Positions 47,293 through 49,487 of a DNA stretch of 49,487 nucleotides are shown piece after piece (the first letter of the stretch is position 1; every line of letters starts with the position of its first letter). The stretch is from Octopus bimaculoides. Taxonomy: Eukaryota. The stretch spans positions 17,640,290 through 17,689,776 of the forward strand of contig NC_068998.1 of NCBI RefSeq assembly GCF_001194135.2, read 5' to 3'. Both the position numbers and the translations under genes were made by a program. The notes beneath the pieces are model-generated. The model saw only the letters and a list, made by a program, of their open reading frames with translations, searched no databases and was not told where the DNA came from.

Positions 47293-48647
47293 TGGAAGAA
47301 AGAAAACATAATTTTTTTTATATTACTTAATTTATCTATCTTTACGTATGCGAAAGCATTTTGACATTTATCCAGCATCACATTTTCGTTTTTGTTTTCT
47401 TTTTTGTTTTGTTTTTTGTTTGTTTTTTGTTTTGTTGTTTGCTTCTACAATTTCTACTTCCGCCGCTGGCTCACCCAGCCAGATCTTTGTGTGTGCGTGC
47501 AGAAAAATGTCCCTTCACCTACATAAAAAAATATATATATCGTCAATGGAGCTTCTTTCTATACTGTCAATCGACCAGCAAAAATTAGCAGCTAGATCTT
47601 CATCAAATCACTTTTTACTGCATTTTTAAAAGAAATTTACAGAAGTGTTTGAATATGTTCTTAAGGATAAACAATTGAAATCTAACAGAAGTGCGTTGTA
47701 AGTTGCTTGAAACATTGTGATACAGAAGGAAAATAACAAAATAGTGGAAACAGAGAGCTTTTTTTCAATGTGAAAGGGGAAAAGTTTAACGACCTTCATA
47801 TATTTCAGGCACGAAATATATAAACGTTACTAATCTTATCCCTTTTCTCCTTGTAAGCAGCTCTCCGTCTTCATTATGTTGTTATTTTACTTCTGAAATT
47901 AAAAGATTTCTGTGTGGAAAATAAAATAAAATAAAATAAAATAAAGATACAGAGAAAATCGTATATTTTACAACAAAATTAATATTAAAAGGATTGCAAA
48001 CAGAGACTGTCCTAAGAATTTGAATAGGATCTTAAGGCCAGAACTACTGAAAATAATAGGTTTCGGTAAAAAAAAAATAATAAAATAAACCAATACAGTT
48101 TTGGGTTCGCTAATGAGGTTAGGGTAAAACCAAACCATGATCGGAGTTGTCTATCTTACTTACCCAATAATATGGGTCATTTTTTTTATCCCACAGCATA
48201 CTTATTTCTAGCTACCACAAAAGTACCCAAGGCATTAAATATGTTAATACTAATACGTTTCTTTTCTCATGCGGATGACATCTCTGAGTAGTTTATTCTT
48301 TAATTATAGATCGAACATTAATAAATACCATGGAAAGTACTTGACTGGTAATCACAGAGATATAAGTTCGAGTCTCATGGCTGGCTGCTGACAATTTTTT
48401 TGTCTGTAATATAAAGATGCTATCCTATTTACGCTGTTCATGCATAATTCTGCACTTGAGAATAAACTATCTCCATATCTGTATATCTCAATACATCTCC
48501 ACATTTCCACATACAAAGCAATCTTCGTTTGTGTGTGCGTGTGTGTATGTATTGTTAGAATGGCTAAAACACGCGCCCGACGCAAACCCACACTCGCACT
48601 CACGTTCACACACACACACACACACACACATACATGCNNNNNNNNNN

Positions 48648-48700
<53 letters not shown>

Positions 48701-48858
48701 GACACTGAGTGAAGAAACAGCGTAGATAATGGAAGTAAAAATGAAGATAAATTGTCAGGTTGCTATTGCATACGTAAAGGTTAGAAATATTTCGAAAGTA
48801 AGCTGCTCGCAGATTATTCTGTTTTGTACATAGAAAAGACATTCATAAATAATATTTC

Positions 48859-48891
<33 letters not shown>

Positions 48892-48916
48892 CATTGTTGT
48901 TGTTGTTGTTGTTAAC

Positions 48917-49120
48917 AGGTAGAATCGTTAGCACGCCAGGCCAAATGTTTAGCGTTATTTCGTCCGTCTTAATGTTCCTGAGTTCAAATTCCGCCGAGGT
49001 CGACTTTACCTATCATCTTTTATGAGTCGATAAAATAAGTACCAGTTGATAACTGGAGTCGATGTAATCGACTTATCCCCTTCCCTCAAACTTCAAACCT
49101 TATGCCTTTAGTAGAAAAGA
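48917..49120 (+). mobile_element. SINE family A between trinucleotide tracts
   Basis: Preceded by (TTA)n(TTG)n and followed by (ATT)n. Confidence 0.85.
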
Positions 49121-49149
49121 TTATTCTTATTATCATTATTATTATTATT

Positions 49150-49475
49150 CAGTAGTTTTATTTTTATAACGTGCTTTCACTTCACTACCGAGCGCAGCTC
49201 TGTGTGCCTTGGGTATGTGCTGTGGTTTGCTGTGATGCTCTTATGGTTACTGTATTGAAAGTGTTTTGCGTAGGATGTGTGCAGTGCCCAGTAGTGCAAT
49301 TTTCTGTATGTTATATATATTTGTAAGTCCTGGTGTTTTTGTTATGTATTTGTCTGAATATTTTTTTATTATACCTAAGGCACCTACTATGATAGGAATT
49401 GTTTCTGTTTTTAGATTCCACATTCGAGTTACCTCTATTTCCAAGTCTTTGTATTTTGAAAGTTTCTCCATTTCT
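49150..49475 (-). mobile_element. 5'-truncated Dong/R4-like retrotransposon 3' end
   Basis: KEMEKLSKYKDLEIEVTRMWNLKTETIPIIVGALGIIKK...IQKIALLGTAHILRKTLSIQ* is the canonical R4/Dong ORF end. About 95 nt of UTR follow, then (TAA)n. Confidence 0.9.
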
Positions 49476-49487
49476 TTATTATTATTA

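Noticed and set aside
47900-48330. Specific polyadenylation site for the gene
   Set aside because: Several AATAAA hexamers sit in A-rich low-complexity sequence. None can be chosen without transcript data.

Overview
AT-rich eukaryotic genomic DNA with N gaps and many microsatellites. The SINE and repeat landscape points to a cephalopod, most likely Octopus (inference; no database search was run). One complete five-exon gene spans the window on the + strand: 7146-7293, 23910-24871, 37289-37423, 40719-40863 and 47057-47292. The exons sum to 1626 nt (541 aa), with GT-AG boundaries and consistent phases. It encodes a membrane-bound tyrosinase/tyrosinase-related protein of the vertebrate TYR/TYRP1/DCT type: signal peptide, 10-Cys N-terminal domain, six metal-binding His, a TM helix and a cytoplasmic tail. 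The rest of the window is intron or flank filled with decayed mobile DNA: RLE-type non-LTR retrotransposons (R4/Dong-like, HERO-like), Penelope-like and Helitron fragments, Tc1, maT and mariner pieces, an intact hAT MITE, and several tRNA-derived SINE families. Best leads: (1) the mixed TYR/DCT active site; (2) an MITF-type M-box/E-box cluster upstream of exon 1, together with melanosome-type sorting motifs in the tail; (3) a head-to-tail triplet of minimal hammerhead-ribozyme-like motifs at 16538-16632. Exon coordinates were counted by hand. Repeat boundaries are approximate. Comparisons with vertebrate proteins come from recalled sequences and need a real alignment.
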